Assembly: GCA_020697715.1 (NCBI GenBank)
Contig: JAEHCO010000006.1
Span: forward strand, 1 to 64,000
Length of the DNA stretch: 64,000 nt
DNA from: Methanobacteriota archaeon
GTDB lineage: Archaea > Thermoplasmatota > Thermoplasmata > SG8-5 > JAGLSY01
Reading direction: 5' to 3'
In this document: positions 9,352 to 20,054 of the stretch, one piece after another
Layout of the letters: the number at the start of each line of letters is the position of its first letter
Position numbering within the stretch: position 1 is the first letter of the stretch
The notes under the pieces: generated by a model
What the model saw: the letters and a program-made list of their open reading frames with translations, nothing else
Databases searched by the model: none
Told to the model about the DNA's origin: nothing
Made by a program: the position numbers and the translations under genes

Positions 9352-10446
9352 ATGTATATGGATGACAGTGAGATGAAGATAATATTTGTCGGCTCCTTTA
9401 ATAAAAATGGAAAAAGAGGAGGCACCAGTACCTATCTGGATAGCATGGAACAGTTCTTGACATCTAGAGGCATTGCGACAGAATATCTGCCTGAGAAATC
9501 CGCATCACAAAGAAGCAGTTACAGCTCCATGATGAGGATATTTATATCGGCCTTCAGTCATAAGATGGGTGCCGGAACGATCATTCAAACTCAAAGACCT
9601 GATGATCTTGTTCCTTTCAAATTCATAAAGAGAGGAGTTCCAACGATCTGCGTCCTGCATGGTGATAATCTTCGAAAGATGAAGATCAAGCGTAAAAGAT
9701 CCGTGTACAAGGCGTATAGATTCCTGGAGATACGAGGTTTGAAGAAAGCAGATTCAGTCATATGTGTAGATGATAGAACCTATAGGATCTATCTAAAAAG
9801 ATATCCTTGGTTGAAGAATAAAATGACAGTAATACCTGTAGGGATCGATACAGAACACTTCAAGCCAATGGACAAAAGTAAAGCCAGAGCATCCATGAAC
9901 ATCCCTGAAAATGCAAAGGTCATGCTCATAGCGGGCAGACTGGAAAAGGAAAAGAACATTGGCGGAGCGATCAAGCTTGTTCAAAGATATCTGGATGATG
10001 ATAATAACATATTATTGGTGGCTGGAATGGGAAGTGAGAATAAGGCTTTGAAACAGCTTTCCTCCAAGACAAAAAAAGCAAAGATCCGATTTCTCGGTCA
10101 AGTTCCATTTGATAAATTACCCATGGTGATCAATGCAGCGGATGTCGTACTGGTCACGTCATTGTTCGAAGCAGGGCCATTGATAATACCCGAAGCCCAG
10201 GCCTGCGGAGTGCCAGTGGTATCCACAGATGTAGGAAGAGCCAAATTATTTCTCCCAAGTTCGGAATATGGGGCTGTGCTTGAGAAAGTAGATGGCGAAT
10301 TTGCCAAGAAGGTCATTCACTATATCGAGAAGGATGATGTGATATCCAAGAAAGCCCGCGTGGACCATTCCAGAAATTTCTCATTCGAAAAGACAGGTCG
10401 GGAGACGCTTGATCTCTTTTCCAAGCAACTGGAGGTTGTCAAATGA
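9352..10446 (+). CDS. Glycosyltransferase family 4
   Basis: GRLEKEKN and FEAGPLIIPEAQACGVPVVSTDVG. Confidence 0.9.
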   Translation: MYMDDSEMKIIFVGSFNKNGKRGGTSTYLDSMEQFLTSRGIATEYLPEKSASQRSSYSSMMRIFISAFSHKMGAGTIIQTQRPDDLVPFKFIKRGVPTICVLHGDNLRKMKIKRKRSVYKAYRFLEIRGLKKADSVICVDDRTYRIYLKRYPWLKNKMTVIPVGIDTEHFKPMDKSKARASMNIPENAKVMLIAGRLEKEKNIGGAIKLVQRYLDDDNNILLVAGMGSENKALKQLSSKTKKAKIRFLGQVPFDKLPMVINAADVVLVTSLFEAGPLIIPEAQACGVPVVSTDVGRAKLFLPSSEYGAVLEKVDGEFAKKVIHYIEKDDVISKKARVDHSRNFSFEKTGRETLDLFSKQLEVVK

Positions 10447-12104
10447 AGACAGATAAAGGGATACTTAACAACCGATGTGTCATCCTGCTTATCTTCGCTC
10501 TTATCTTTTTAAGCCTGGCCTTGAGATGGCCCACAACTCCTCATGAGATTGGCCAAGATGGTTTCATGAACAATTCACTTGCTAAATCCATCACAGAATT
10601 CGGGTATGCGAAATGGCATGTCAGCCCATATTCAGTATTTGGCATGGGTCCTTTTTCATATCCCGCCGCTATCCATTTTCTTATATCTGGCACTTCGCAA
10701 TTGACTGGCCTTTCACTGGAGATATCTGTTCTGGCTATTTCCATGACGATCGGAGTATTGGGAATGTTACTCACCTTCATTTTAACAAAAGAGATCACGG
10801 ATAATAATGAGGTCTCATTACTTTCAGCATTCTTATTCTCCACATCACCAGTATTTCTGAGACTGACTACATGGAATGGCTCTTCAAGGCAGTTGGCGAT
10901 GGTCTTCATTATTTTATTGATATTCTTATTATTGAGGATGGTGTATGCGAAAAGAACATACAAATATTCTCATTATGATGAAGGCAAATACACCGCTCTT
11001 GCACTATTTATTTTAGTCTGTCTTGCCAGTATGCACAGATTGGCAATATTGGGAATTTTCATATTAATGGGATATCTTATAGCCAGACCGGCATATAAAT
11101 TCGTCAATGCATTTACTCTAAAGAATATAGGAGAAATAGAAAAAAAGCGAAAAGTTGGATTGGCATTAATGTATTTCTTATGGATCGCAGCAATTGCTAC
11201 CGTGATATATATGCAATTAGTAAATTTTGGTCCATATGAAGGGATGGATCTATGGTCAAAATATCAATCAGGCCTTTTCTTCAGAGGTAGTGATATAGGC
11301 ATACTTCTAACCAATATGATTATTGATTATTGGAGTGGTTGGGGAGTATTATCCGTGTTCTTATTGATCGGTGCCTACTACCTTTTCAAACAGAGAAATA
11401 AAGATTTCAAATTATTCTTCTTATTACTATCGATATTACTAATGGCACCCATCTCGACCCTGGGTCTTTATGCACAGTTATTTCTGATATGTTTAATAAC
11501 TCCTGTCGCGGCAATTGGCATCATAAGATTTTTAAGATCAAAACATTTCAAGAAAATAGCATTGCCCATCACCATATCTTTGATCATAATATCATTAGGA
11601 TTCAGCATGTTCATGACAGATCACTGGATCGGTCAGTCAGGTGAAGGATACATGAATGAAAGGCAATATGACACAGGCATGTACACGGATCATTATCTAA
11701 AAAGTAATGAAACTTACATATCAAATAATCAGGTTTTTGCAAATAGAGTTCTCTCAGTGTCTGATGCCCAATACTTGACAGAAGGATTTGCCTATCCGAT
11801 GATATATGGATGGGTGGATGAAGATAATTTAGAGAAAATTATTGATTGGGATTCCATGATAGAAAATCAATCTGTCGAGATATCTTATCCAGAGGAATAT
11901 GCATTACTACTTGACCATCGATACATAAAACATAATGATGTTGATGATCCAATATCGGAATATCTACGTTCATATTATGATGTGAGATATTCCGTAGATA
12001 ATAGAATCAGCACGACCAATTATTACATAGAATCAAGCCTTGAAGCTAAAAGATATAAAATATTCGATAATGGAGAAGGGAGGATATGGTATCTTGGACA
12101 ATAA
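10443..12104 (+). CDS. Polytopic membrane protein, possible GT-C fold or glycan assembly protein
   Basis: About a dozen hydrophobic segments, first loop HEIGQDG, soluble C-terminal domain, embedded in a GT cluster. Confidence 0.65.
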   Translation: MKTDKGILNNRCVILLIFALIFLSLALRWPTTPHEIGQDGFMNNSLAKSITEFGYAKWHVSPYSVFGMGPFSYPAAIHFLISGTSQLTGLSLEISVLAISMTIGVLGMLLTFILTKEITDNNEVSLLSAFLFSTSPVFLRLTTWNGSSRQLAMVFIILLIFLLLRMVYAKRTYKYSHYDEGKYTALALFILVCLASMHRLAILGIFILMGYLIARPAYKFVNAFTLKNIGEIEKKRKVGLALMYFLWIAAIATVIYMQLVNFGPYEGMDLWSKYQSGLFFRGSDIGILLTNMIIDYWSGWGVLSVFLLIGAYYLFKQRNKDFKLFFLLLSILLMAPISTLGLYAQLFLICLITPVAAIGIIRFLRSKHFKKIALPITISLIIISLGFSMFMTDHWIGQSGEGYMNERQYDTGMYTDHYLKSNETYISNNQVFANRVLSVSDAQYLTEGFAYPMIYGWVDEDNLEKIIDWDSMIENQSVEISYPEEYALLLDHRYIKHNDVDDPISEYLRSYYDVRYSVDNRISTTNYYIESSLEAKRYKIFDNGEGRIWYLGQ

Positions 12105-13248
12105 TAAAATTAAAATTGCTTTTATTTCACCAATAAACACGAATGATGCCATAGTCGGAGGGGCGGATATTCATATCAGAAATATTCTAGGACATCTTTC
12201 TGCCTTTAAAGAGCTCGAATTACATGTAATAACAATGAGAAAGAATGAAGGAAAATCCGCTGAAGATATCCAGGGCAATGTGACGTATCATTATCTACAA
12301 TCTCCAAATATATCGAAGACCATAAGTGGAATATTCTCAGATCATAAAAAGATCATTAAAAAAGTTAGGGAATTAAATCCCGATATAATTCATGCACAGG
12401 TTCTGGGAGCCCCTTATGGATTAGCCGCTATGAAGCTGGCGAAAGATTACCCAATTATCCTTACAGTCCACACCCTTGTTGCCCAGGATTCATTGAATCG
12501 CTCACCAAACATCAAAAGCAAGATACATGACGCATTGTGGAAAAACCTTGAAAAGAAAGAGATCGTGAATATTCCAAATTTCATTACAGTATCTGAGGCA
12601 AATAAAACCGAGCTGGTTGAGAGAGGTGCTCGTAATGTTTGGGTAATCCCAAATGGAGTTCCAGAGTCCTGGTTCCAGATAGAGAAAAATGAGATCGAAG
12701 GAAGAATATTATTTGTTGGCCGGATCATTCCAATCAAAGGACTGGAATTTCTGATAGAAGCATTCAATGAGATCAAACAAAAGATTCCAGAAGCTGATTT
12801 ACATCTGGTCGGGCCTTTGATCGATGATAATTATCATAATAAATTATTGAAACTTGCCAAGGATCTGGATGTGGAGAAAAGCATAAGATTTCTTGGGTCA
12901 AAAAATATTATAGAGTTGGAGATAGAATATGGTGAATGCTCTGTTTTCGTACTTCCATCTGAAAGGGAATCATTTGGAATTGTAGCTCTGGAAGCAATGG
13001 CATCTGGCAATTCAGTAGTGGCATCAAATACAGGAGGGATACCTGAGATCATTACAGATGGAATAGAAGGTTTTCTCTTAAACTATGGAGATGCAAAGGC
13101 CTTATCTACCAAGATCACAGAATTGTTATTAGACAAGGATCTAAGAAGTAGATTCGGAAATGCTGGAAAGGAAAGAGCAAGAAGATTAGGCTGGAATAAT
13201 ATTGCTCTGCAAACAATAGAGGTTTACAAAGCCGTGCTTGATAAATGA
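12040..13248 (+). CDS. Glycosyltransferase family 4
   Basis: FVGRIIPIKG and ESFGIVALEAMASG; true start probably somewhat downstream. Confidence 0.92.
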   Translation: MKLKDIKYSIMEKGGYGILDNNKIKIAFISPINTNDAIVGGADIHIRNILGHLSAFKELELHVITMRKNEGKSAEDIQGNVTYHYLQSPNISKTISGIFSDHKKIIKKVRELNPDIIHAQVLGAPYGLAAMKLAKDYPIILTVHTLVAQDSLNRSPNIKSKIHDALWKNLEKKEIVNIPNFITVSEANKTELVERGARNVWVIPNGVPESWFQIEKNEIEGRILFVGRIIPIKGLEFLIEAFNEIKQKIPEADLHLVGPLIDDNYHNKLLKLAKDLDVEKSIRFLGSKNIIELEIEYGECSVFVLPSERESFGIVALEAMASGNSVVASNTGGIPEIITDGIEGFLLNYGDAKALSTKITELLLDKDLRSRFGNAGKERARRLGWNNIALQTIEVYKAVLDK

Positions 13249-13254
13249 GGTATA

Positions 13255-14424
13255 TTGAATATGAAAAATATTGTTATTTACTGGCCGAGATGGTATCCGC
13301 TTATAGGCGGGATCACTACCCATGTCCATGAATTGATCAATGGCATGCCAGATCATCATTTTCATATCATAACGAACAGACTGGAAGATATACCAGATAA
13401 AGAGAAGTTCTTGAGCAATTCCACAGTTAATAGGGTAGGACCAAGGGATCTAAGTCTTTATCATCCGAGGCATAACAGATTGCCGAAATTCTATTACCCC
13501 TACATAGCTATAAGCGACCTAATAAGAATAAAAAAGAAACTCAAATTCATAAGATCTATAGAACATGATATTCTTCATGTCCATGGTCCATCTATCGAGC
13601 CTAATATGAATCATCTGGACAAATTAACTGGAACTACAATTTTTTCATCCAAAGTTAATTTCAAATTTGATAAAGGTCCGAAGGTTCTGACCTGCCATGG
13701 CCTGGCTTCACATTATTCAGATGATGAGAATGTTGAGATATCTGAAAGAAAGTTACTGAACATGTTCGACAAGGTGATCTGTGTCGATGAATATGTCTAT
13801 GAAAATGCTCGTAGCCTCCTGGAAGATGGAGGAAAAGCAGTATTCATTCCCAATTCCATTGATGTCAAACATTTCTCTTTCAAGAATATCGAGTTAGGCG
13901 AGAAGCTGAAGATCGGCTTTGTTGGAAGATTAACAACAGAGAGAGGAACTGAACTTATCAACCAATTGATCGACAAAATGCCAGATAACATCAGCTTAAG
14001 GCTCATAGTTACCGGATCTGAATCCCAGATATCTGATATCAAGGAACTGGTCAAAGGGAAGGATATACAATTATTCTCCAATGTTGATCCAAAAGATATG
14101 CCAGGGCAGCTCTGGAAGATGGATATCATATTGAATCCAGTCATTTATGAAGGGAGTTCGCGTGCAACCCTGGAGGCTTTCGCCTGTGGCAGGCCTGCTA
14201 TCATGATCGATGCAGGAAATAGATATCCTCTTATTGACAAGGAAACGGGATTCCTTATTGAAAATAAGATAGATGAGCTATTAAAACTTATAAAAGATAT
14301 ATCCGAGAACAAGAATATCCTTAAGGATATGTCAATCAAAGCTAGAAAGGTGGTTGAAGAAGAATATAGTAATGAGATCATAATCCCAAAAATAAAAAAA
14401 GTGTATGAATCATTAGGATCATAG
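13255..14424 (+). CDS. Glycosyltransferase family 4
   Basis: GGITTHV, FVGRL, EGSSRATLEAFACG. Confidence 0.88.
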   Translation: MNMKNIVIYWPRWYPLIGGITTHVHELINGMPDHHFHIITNRLEDIPDKEKFLSNSTVNRVGPRDLSLYHPRHNRLPKFYYPYIAISDLIRIKKKLKFIRSIEHDILHVHGPSIEPNMNHLDKLTGTTIFSSKVNFKFDKGPKVLTCHGLASHYSDDENVEISERKLLNMFDKVICVDEYVYENARSLLEDGGKAVFIPNSIDVKHFSFKNIELGEKLKIGFVGRLTTERGTELINQLIDKMPDNISLRLIVTGSESQISDIKELVKGKDIQLFSNVDPKDMPGQLWKMDIILNPVIYEGSSRATLEAFACGRPAIMIDAGNRYPLIDKETGFLIENKIDELLKLIKDISENKNILKDMSIKARKVVEEEYSNEIIIPKIKKVYESLGS

Positions 14425-14429
14425 GCGAG

Positions 14430-15467
14430 TTGAAAATGACAGATGATCAGTGGATAATAAGGAAATATGTCGAGTCGGACAAGGATCAGATAGTCCATGA
14501 TCTCGAAAAAATATCCAAAATGAGCCGTGAAGAATGGGAATGGAAATATTTTGGCCAGAAAGAAGAGCCAGATATATGGGTGGTCGAGAAGGATAGCACT
14601 ATCATCGGACATCTTGGCCTTATCAATCACAAAATAAATTCAAAAGGAAATGTCATTGATGGATGTCACGCTGTTGACCTCTACATTTATGAAGAACACA
14701 GAAGAAAGGGCATATTTGTCGAGCTTGGTAAGAAAGCACTGGATTCTGCTGGTGAGAAGGGGACGGACATCGCTTTCGGATTTCCAAACATAGAAGCAAT
14801 GGGTGGACATTTGAAATATGGCTGGAAACAGATAGGAATGATCACCAGGGCGATGAAGCCCCTGAAGCCACATGAATATTCTATGAAAGTATTTCCAGAT
14901 AATAAGCTCAAACAGACATTACTCAAGAGCAAGATGAAACAGTATGGCAAAAGAAAGGCCATTGACCCTATTTCGGGATTGACCATATCAGGTATTGAGA
15001 AGTTTGACGATGACATCAATAAATTTATCGATACCTATGCAAATAAGAGCGAATTAAATATGGTTCAGAGAGATTCAGATCATCTAAACTGGAGATACAA
15101 TGCTCACCCTGAAAAGAAATACAAGTCAATGGTAGCAATTGCAAATGGTGAGATCAAGGGATTCATAATCGGTACGACCGACAAAGGAAATGGATACATT
15201 GTCGATATGATGGTATCGCATGGCGAACATGACATACTGAAAAACCTTATATGGAATATGGAAGAATATTTCTTGAAAATGGATGCGGTTGCTGCATATA
15301 CCTGGATCCCAAAACCATATCTTGAAATATTCAAGGGTATGGAATATATAACAAGGAAGCCTACACAATATTTCATAGTGAGATCAAATTCAGATAGAAC
15401 TGATCTGGATGAGATGTTTGACATTGATAATTGGTTTATTACCATGGGAGATTCAGATCTTCATTAG
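14430..15467 (+). CDS. GNAT-family N-acetyltransferase (two-domain)
   Basis: HRRKGIF acetyl-CoA motif, FGFPN, LNWRY, C-terminal GDSD. Confidence 0.8.
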   Translation: MKMTDDQWIIRKYVESDKDQIVHDLEKISKMSREEWEWKYFGQKEEPDIWVVEKDSTIIGHLGLINHKINSKGNVIDGCHAVDLYIYEEHRRKGIFVELGKKALDSAGEKGTDIAFGFPNIEAMGGHLKYGWKQIGMITRAMKPLKPHEYSMKVFPDNKLKQTLLKSKMKQYGKRKAIDPISGLTISGIEKFDDDINKFIDTYANKSELNMVQRDSDHLNWRYNAHPEKKYKSMVAIANGEIKGFIIGTTDKGNGYIVDMMVSHGEHDILKNLIWNMEEYFLKMDAVAAYTWIPKPYLEIFKGMEYITRKPTQYFIVRSNSDRTDLDEMFDIDNWFITMGDSDLH

Positions 15468-16643
15468 GTGAACATGATGGTGCATGAAAATATCAATAAG
15501 GAAAAATTGCAGCAGACAATTCAAAAAGGCCTCAACTGGCTCACCTCCAGTGATATATATTGCGATAATGGAGGTATGAGATCAAAATATGATCCAAAAA
15601 CAAAGCAATATGAAATCTGGAAAGAAGGCAACACGGATGTGTTATGTACATCTGGACTTGTCGAAGTAATAATAAATTATTCTGAGATGTTCAATGATGA
15701 CCAGTATGATGATCAGCTTCTAAGATCTGTAAATCATCTATGCGATCTTTGGGATGATGAAAAAGGATTAATGTGGGCGGGCCAGGGATCAAAATGGATA
15801 TATCCTTTCTGGGCCAGTAATGCTGCATATGTTCTATACGATTATTATGAAAAAACCAAGCATGAAAGATCAAAAAATATTGCTGAAAAGATTATTGATT
15901 GGTTGATATCCATTCAAAATCCAGATGGAGCAATTCCAAAGAATCAAATATGGTCTGGAAAGATCGATAAGAAGCCTGTTACTAGCTGGAACACGATACT
16001 TATCAGGGCATTCCTGAAAGCCGATGAAATGGGACATATTGGAGCTCAGGAAGCAGCTCTCCGCCTTTCTGAATGGATGCTGGCCAATCAATTGAAAGAT
16101 GGAAGTTATTATTATTCATTTGACTCGATAAATAATATATACCGTAATATCAAGGATCGAAAAGAACATGCTATTTCATTAACTGGAGCAATGAAAAAGC
16201 ACACATTGTGGAAGCACCCGACATCCCAGGCTAATTGTCTGTTAGCGTCTCTTCTTCTTTACGAAAGAAATAACGATGAGAAAATGATGAGATCAGCTCT
16301 CCAGACTCATAAATGGATCTCACACAATTTAAGCCCTCGGAACATCATGTATGAAAAGTATTACTTGAACAGCCACTCCATGCAGGAAGATGTCTATCCA
16401 ACAGCTTTATTTGTGAACTCTATTTTGATATTATATGATATCACTGGTAAAGAAAAATACCTTACAGAAGCAAAGCTAATTTGGAAAGATATGATCAATG
16501 TTCAATTTGACTCCGAAGATAAAAACCTACATGGTAGTTTTCCAGGTGTGCCTCTCCACCCAACAGAAGGTGGAAAAGCATATGCTTGGGACACGATCGG
16601 TGCAGTGTATTCACTAATGGAGCTTTACAAAAGAATTATATAG
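15468..16643 (+). CDS. Alpha/alpha-barrel protein (glycoside hydrolase or prenyltransferase-like repeats)
   Basis: Repeated WL..Q..DG motifs (WLISIQNPDG, WMLANQLKDG). Confidence 0.6.
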   Translation: MNMMVHENINKEKLQQTIQKGLNWLTSSDIYCDNGGMRSKYDPKTKQYEIWKEGNTDVLCTSGLVEVIINYSEMFNDDQYDDQLLRSVNHLCDLWDDEKGLMWAGQGSKWIYPFWASNAAYVLYDYYEKTKHERSKNIAEKIIDWLISIQNPDGAIPKNQIWSGKIDKKPVTSWNTILIRAFLKADEMGHIGAQEAALRLSEWMLANQLKDGSYYYSFDSINNIYRNIKDRKEHAISLTGAMKKHTLWKHPTSQANCLLASLLLYERNNDEKMMRSALQTHKWISHNLSPRNIMYEKYYLNSHSMQEDVYPTALFVNSILILYDITGKEKYLTEAKLIWKDMINVQFDSEDKNLHGSFPGVPLHPTEGGKAYAWDTIGAVYSLMELYKRII

Positions 16644-16655
16644 AGAAGAAATGTA

Positions 16656-18005
16656 ATGATAATTGGAAGGTGTATGATGAAACAAAGACCATTGATCGGG
16701 ATCATCGATGACCAGACACCGGAATTCAAGGTCATGGTCGAACTCCTTAATCTTAATGGTCATATTTTTGAAGAAGCTCAGGAAGATGAGAAATACATCT
16801 GCGTTCTGATACCTCATAAATCATACTCTGTGATCGAAGTTGCCAAGATGCATGTGGAGAATGAAAAGCACATCATCATTGTTGACGAGATTTTCCCATT
16901 AAAAGAGGTGTTTGACCACCTGGCAGGTATTGATGATAAGAGATATCTTGAAGATAAACTTATGGAAGTTCCAGTCAATGAATTTGCAGATAAATTATTG
17001 GATAGGATCAGGCGGCTTTTCATACTACGAAAATTCCCACTTATAAGAAAATGGTATTGGCCAGATTTCGCCAATGCATGCGCGATAATCACGCATGACA
17101 TTGACACCATGAACAATCCACCGTCTGGCTCAACAGCACAGACATTGAAATACGGATATACCAGGAAGGTCAAAAAAGAGCCATTCTCAGATAATATGGA
17201 TAATATCTTTGAGATCGAAAAAGAGGCTGGCATATCATCCTCGTTCTTCTTCTTCTCGGATTATGGTAAGTTCCAAAGTCATTTCATAGAGAATTATTGT
17301 AATATGAAGGACAAATTCCCTGGAGAACTGGGATTGCATGGATCTCTACATTCTTTCCAGAGTCACCATGTACTGGCCAAGGAAAAGAATGATCTAGAAA
17401 AATTATTTGTAACGAGGATCACAGGAACAAGACAGCATGGTCTCAATTTCAGAATACCTCATACATGGCGATACCATGAGGAGGCTGGCTTTGATTATGA
17501 CATGTCACATTATTACAATGATAAATTCGGTTTCAGAGCCGGTATATGCCATCCATATCACCCCTTTGATGCCCTAAAGAAAGAAAGGTTCGATATATTG
17601 GAATTACCAACCTCTTTCATGGACTGGACAGCATTGGATATGAATATTGATCATGACAAAATAATGAAGAATATTACATCACTTTCAGATATCATTGAAA
17701 AAGAAAATGGTATATTTGCGCTTAACTTTCATAATATGTACATCAATGAAGACACATATCCAGACATAACCAAGGCCTTTTCAGATTCGATTGCTCTTTT
17801 GAAACAAAAGAAGTTCTGGATCACAACTGGCAGGGAATGTGCAGGATGGTGGAGAAGGAGAGAGAATTCGAATATCGTGATCAAGGTTGCTCAAAACAAG
17901 ATGGCGATCTATTCCAAGGAAAAGCTTCCTGTAATAATTGAATATCCAGATAAGAAGATCGTGAAGAAGATCATTGATGCCAAGGGTATAAGAATGGAGT
18001 GCTAA
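16656..18005 (+). CDS. Polysaccharide deacetylase-family protein
   Basis: ITHDID, LGLHGS, RQHGL, GFRAG, NFH motifs. Confidence 0.82.
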   Translation: MIIGRCMMKQRPLIGIIDDQTPEFKVMVELLNLNGHIFEEAQEDEKYICVLIPHKSYSVIEVAKMHVENEKHIIIVDEIFPLKEVFDHLAGIDDKRYLEDKLMEVPVNEFADKLLDRIRRLFILRKFPLIRKWYWPDFANACAIITHDIDTMNNPPSGSTAQTLKYGYTRKVKKEPFSDNMDNIFEIEKEAGISSSFFFFSDYGKFQSHFIENYCNMKDKFPGELGLHGSLHSFQSHHVLAKEKNDLEKLFVTRITGTRQHGLNFRIPHTWRYHEEAGFDYDMSHYYNDKFGFRAGICHPYHPFDALKKERFDILELPTSFMDWTALDMNIDHDKIMKNITSLSDIIEKENGIFALNFHNMYINEDTYPDITKAFSDSIALLKQKKFWITTGRECAGWWRRRENSNIVIKVAQNKMAIYSKEKLPVIIEYPDKKIVKKIIDAKGIRMEC

Positions 18006-18006
18006 A

Positions 18007-19002
18007 ATGGTGACCATCAGAGAAGCCACAGAAGCAGATAAAGATGAATGGAATGAGGTGGCTTCTCAATCCAAAGATGGCACTTATGCACATACTTGGG
18101 AGTGGGCGGATGTCATCGAACAAGGCCTTGGAATTGGATCCGTGAAGCTCGTCGCAGAAGATGACGGGCACATCGTAGGGATCTATTCCGGCTTCCTGAA
18201 AGAAGGAAAACACAATGTCCTTTTCTCACCCATTGATATTACCTGGGATTATGGTGGACCTTGTTGTCTGAGATCAGCACCCGGATCCACATTGTCAGAA
18301 TTGCTTACTGCAATGGAGAAACAAGCCAAGGGAAAAAAGGCTGTTTCGCTTAGGATATCACCCTTTTTTAATTCAGATTATTTTTCGATGCTGGAAGATT
18401 CAGAATATCGAAGAAGTGAGAGACTTACCTCGATCATTGACCTTGCCTTAGCTGAAGATGAATTATGGAGCAATGTGAAAAAGAATGCCCGTAGATATAT
18501 CAATAAACCCAAAGAAGCTGGTATTAAGATCATTGAAGATAATTCAATTAACGGTATAAGAAATTGTCATAATATTTTAGATAAATTCTCTTCAGAATCA
18601 GACATGAGATGCCCACCTCTAGTCTTTTTCGAAAAGCTTCATGAATACTTTTCTCCCCTTGGTTTTTTAAAGATCCATTTAGTTTACGATGATGATAAAA
18701 TAATTGGAACTGGCCTAAGCTTCAGATACAATGGGGTATCGACGTTTAGATATGCTGCAATAATGGATGAATACAAGGAAACTTATGCTCATTATTTACT
18801 TCATTGGGAGAGGATCCTTGAAGCAAAACAAGATAGATTAAAAATGGTAGACCTGGGCGGTATGCCAAATGATGAAGATAATGGAGTTTATTTCTTTAAA
18901 AGTAGATTTGGTGGTAAAATAGTCAATGTGGACTGGTTTGTGAAAGACATTAAATACAAAACACTTCGTAAGATTCGTAGAGACATGAAGGGTAGAAAAT
19001 GA
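18007..19002 (+). CDS. FemAB/FemX-like GNAT protein
   Basis: HTWEW, YGGP, KKNARRYI, DLGG, FFKSRFGG. Confidence 0.85.
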   Translation: MVTIREATEADKDEWNEVASQSKDGTYAHTWEWADVIEQGLGIGSVKLVAEDDGHIVGIYSGFLKEGKHNVLFSPIDITWDYGGPCCLRSAPGSTLSELLTAMEKQAKGKKAVSLRISPFFNSDYFSMLEDSEYRRSERLTSIIDLALAEDELWSNVKKNARRYINKPKEAGIKIIEDNSINGIRNCHNILDKFSSESDMRCPPLVFFEKLHEYFSPLGFLKIHLVYDDDKIIGTGLSFRYNGVSTFRYAAIMDEYKETYAHYLLHWERILEAKQDRLKMVDLGGMPNDEDNGVYFFKSRFGGKIVNVDWFVKDIKYKTLRKIRRDMKGRK

Positions 19003-20036
19003 ATGAAATAACAGTGCAGATCGCTGAAGAAGATCAACATGATGCTTGGAACAGCATAGTCAACCAAAGTCCAAATGGAACTTTTTATCATACTTGGGAA
19101 TGGACCAAAGTTATTGAAGACGGTATTGTGGGCAATGGCGAGAGCACATATCGTATCTGTGCTATTGTTGATGGGAAAGTTGCAGGAATTATGCCAGTAT
19201 TCATTAGAAAAGCATTCATTGATACTAAATTGAAGGTACATTTGCCACTATATGTTGCCTGGTCACCCCATCCTAAGCTATACGGATTTGGTGGACCTTG
19301 TACAACACCGGAACATAAAGATGAAGTATCTAAGGCTCTCATTTCTGAATCCATAAAATTGATCTCTGAAAAGCACAAAATGAGAACTTGCTGGATGTGG
19401 TGCTATGATGAAAGGCCATTGGAAAATGTTTTGGCCAGATCCAACTATCAATTACGTCGCCACAAGAAAACATCATTCATTGATCTAAGACCACCTGAGG
19501 ATGATATATTAAATAACATCAAGAAAAAATATCGACAGAATATCAGAACTGCAGAGAAATCAGGAGTTCGTATAATTGAATCTAACAATGTCGATGATGT
19601 AGATCATTTTTACAATAAATTTCAGACAGAGCTTATAAAAAACATAAAAAGCCAACCAGGAAATAAATATAGGCAGGTCTCAAATGCAACTTTGACCAAG
19701 AACTATTTTGATGCTTTGTTCAAACATGCTTTCTCAAAAAAAATGGCACGTCTTTTCTTTGCCGAGTACCAGGGTGAGCGAATTGGTGCTTTGATCAATT
19801 TTTATTTCAAAGGTGTGGTATCTCTCGGCCACACTTCGATATTAAGTGAGCATGGCAATCTCCAAGCCTATAAGTTATTGATCTGGAACACAATATTAGA
19901 TGCAAAAAATAAAGGGTACGTTAGATTGGATCTGACAGGACTTCCACCTGACGAATCACATGGTCAATACAGATTCAAGAAAGATTGGAATGGAGATATA
20001 GTGGACATAGGAATATACAAAAGGAAGGTGGAGTGA
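18999..20036 (+). CDS. FemAB/FemX-like GNAT protein (paralogue)
   Basis: HTWEW, FGGP, RQNIRTAEKSG, DLTG, FKKDWNG. Confidence 0.85.
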   Translation: MNEITVQIAEEDQHDAWNSIVNQSPNGTFYHTWEWTKVIEDGIVGNGESTYRICAIVDGKVAGIMPVFIRKAFIDTKLKVHLPLYVAWSPHPKLYGFGGPCTTPEHKDEVSKALISESIKLISEKHKMRTCWMWCYDERPLENVLARSNYQLRRHKKTSFIDLRPPEDDILNNIKKKYRQNIRTAEKSGVRIIESNNVDDVDHFYNKFQTELIKNIKSQPGNKYRQVSNATLTKNYFDALFKHAFSKKMARLFFAEYQGERIGALINFYFKGVVSLGHTSILSEHGNLQAYKLLIWNTILDAKNKGYVRLDLTGLPPDESHGQYRFKKDWNGDIVDIGIYKRKVE

Positions 20037-20054
20037 ACGTCAAAGAAAGTTGCC

